Source of the DNA: Octopus vulgaris
Taxonomy: Eukaryota
Length of the DNA stretch: 64,000 bases
Reading direction: 5' to 3'
Assembly (NCBI GenBank): GCA_951406725.2
Contig: OX597839.1
Coordinates: 16,554,001 to 16,618,000, forward strand
The stretch's first letter is position 1; each line of letters begins with the position of its first letter. A model generated the notes under the pieces. That model was given only the letters and a program-made list of their open reading frames with translations. It had not been told where the DNA came from and did not search any database. The translations under genes were made by a program, and so were the position numbers. Below are positions 63,478-64,000 of this stretch, piece after piece.

Positions 63478-64000
63478 TATGAAATACAAACCAAATTAAA
63501 TATACACCCATATAAGTGTGGGTACATACCCATAATATATCATATACACATACATATGAGTGCAAATACTCATACTCCTATACATATATATATATATACA
63601 TATATATAATAATATAAATAATATATATCAATAAACATACATATATTCTATATTTAATGTAACAGTTTTTCAACGTAATATTATGATATTACAATGTAGA
63701 AAACATACACATATTAATACTCAAATGCAGATATACAGAGTCAAGAGTACATTATATTAATTTATATTAATTTACAAAATGTCATTAATGTTAACATCAT
63801 TACTATTATCATTACCACTAATGCTACCGATATCATTATTCTTATTATTAATAACACTAATACTAGCAAAACAATATATAGATCACATTATTAGCAACAT
63901 AATAGCAAAACCAAGAACAACAATAGTACTACAGTACCATGCAAAGCATTAAATATCTGCATATACATACAAAATGAGAAATAAAAGCATTTGGTTTACA

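Noticed and set aside
1681-63609. Most short ORFs in the supplied track (YIYIYI, CVCVCV, HTHTHT, and repeated WHVKST/GAFYVPPA peptides)
   Set aside because: Translations of microsatellites and of multi-copy SINE/LINE UTR sequence; no splice or homology support

Overview
AT-rich, microsatellite- and transposon-dense eukaryotic DNA. The SINE/LINE content strongly suggests an Octopus (coleoid cephalopod) genome. One host gene is supported: PPP1R7/sds22 (leucine-rich-repeat regulatory subunit of protein phosphatase 1) on the minus strand. It has 8 coding exons (55888 down to 13397) with GT-AG junctions and matching phases, giving 335 aa, plus a probable non-coding first exon and CRE-containing promoter near 60.2-60.3 kb. 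Introns and flanks hold a 5'-truncated but uninterrupted RTE-clade LINE (endonuclease, RT, PHD finger), many RTE 3'-end derivatives, tRNA-derived SINEs, Helitrons (one with a Pif1-like helicase ORF), hAT- and TTAA-type MITEs, and mariner, CR1 and CRE remnants. The main signal not explained by the ORF track is a set of type I hammerhead-ribozyme motifs in unrelated-looking repeats. The best (2265-2310, minus strand, with a compensatory U3-A8 core pair) sits in a 355-bp tandem monomer with a 175-bp fold-back, a retrozyme/Penelope-like architecture. All coordinates were read by hand; no searches or folding programs were run.
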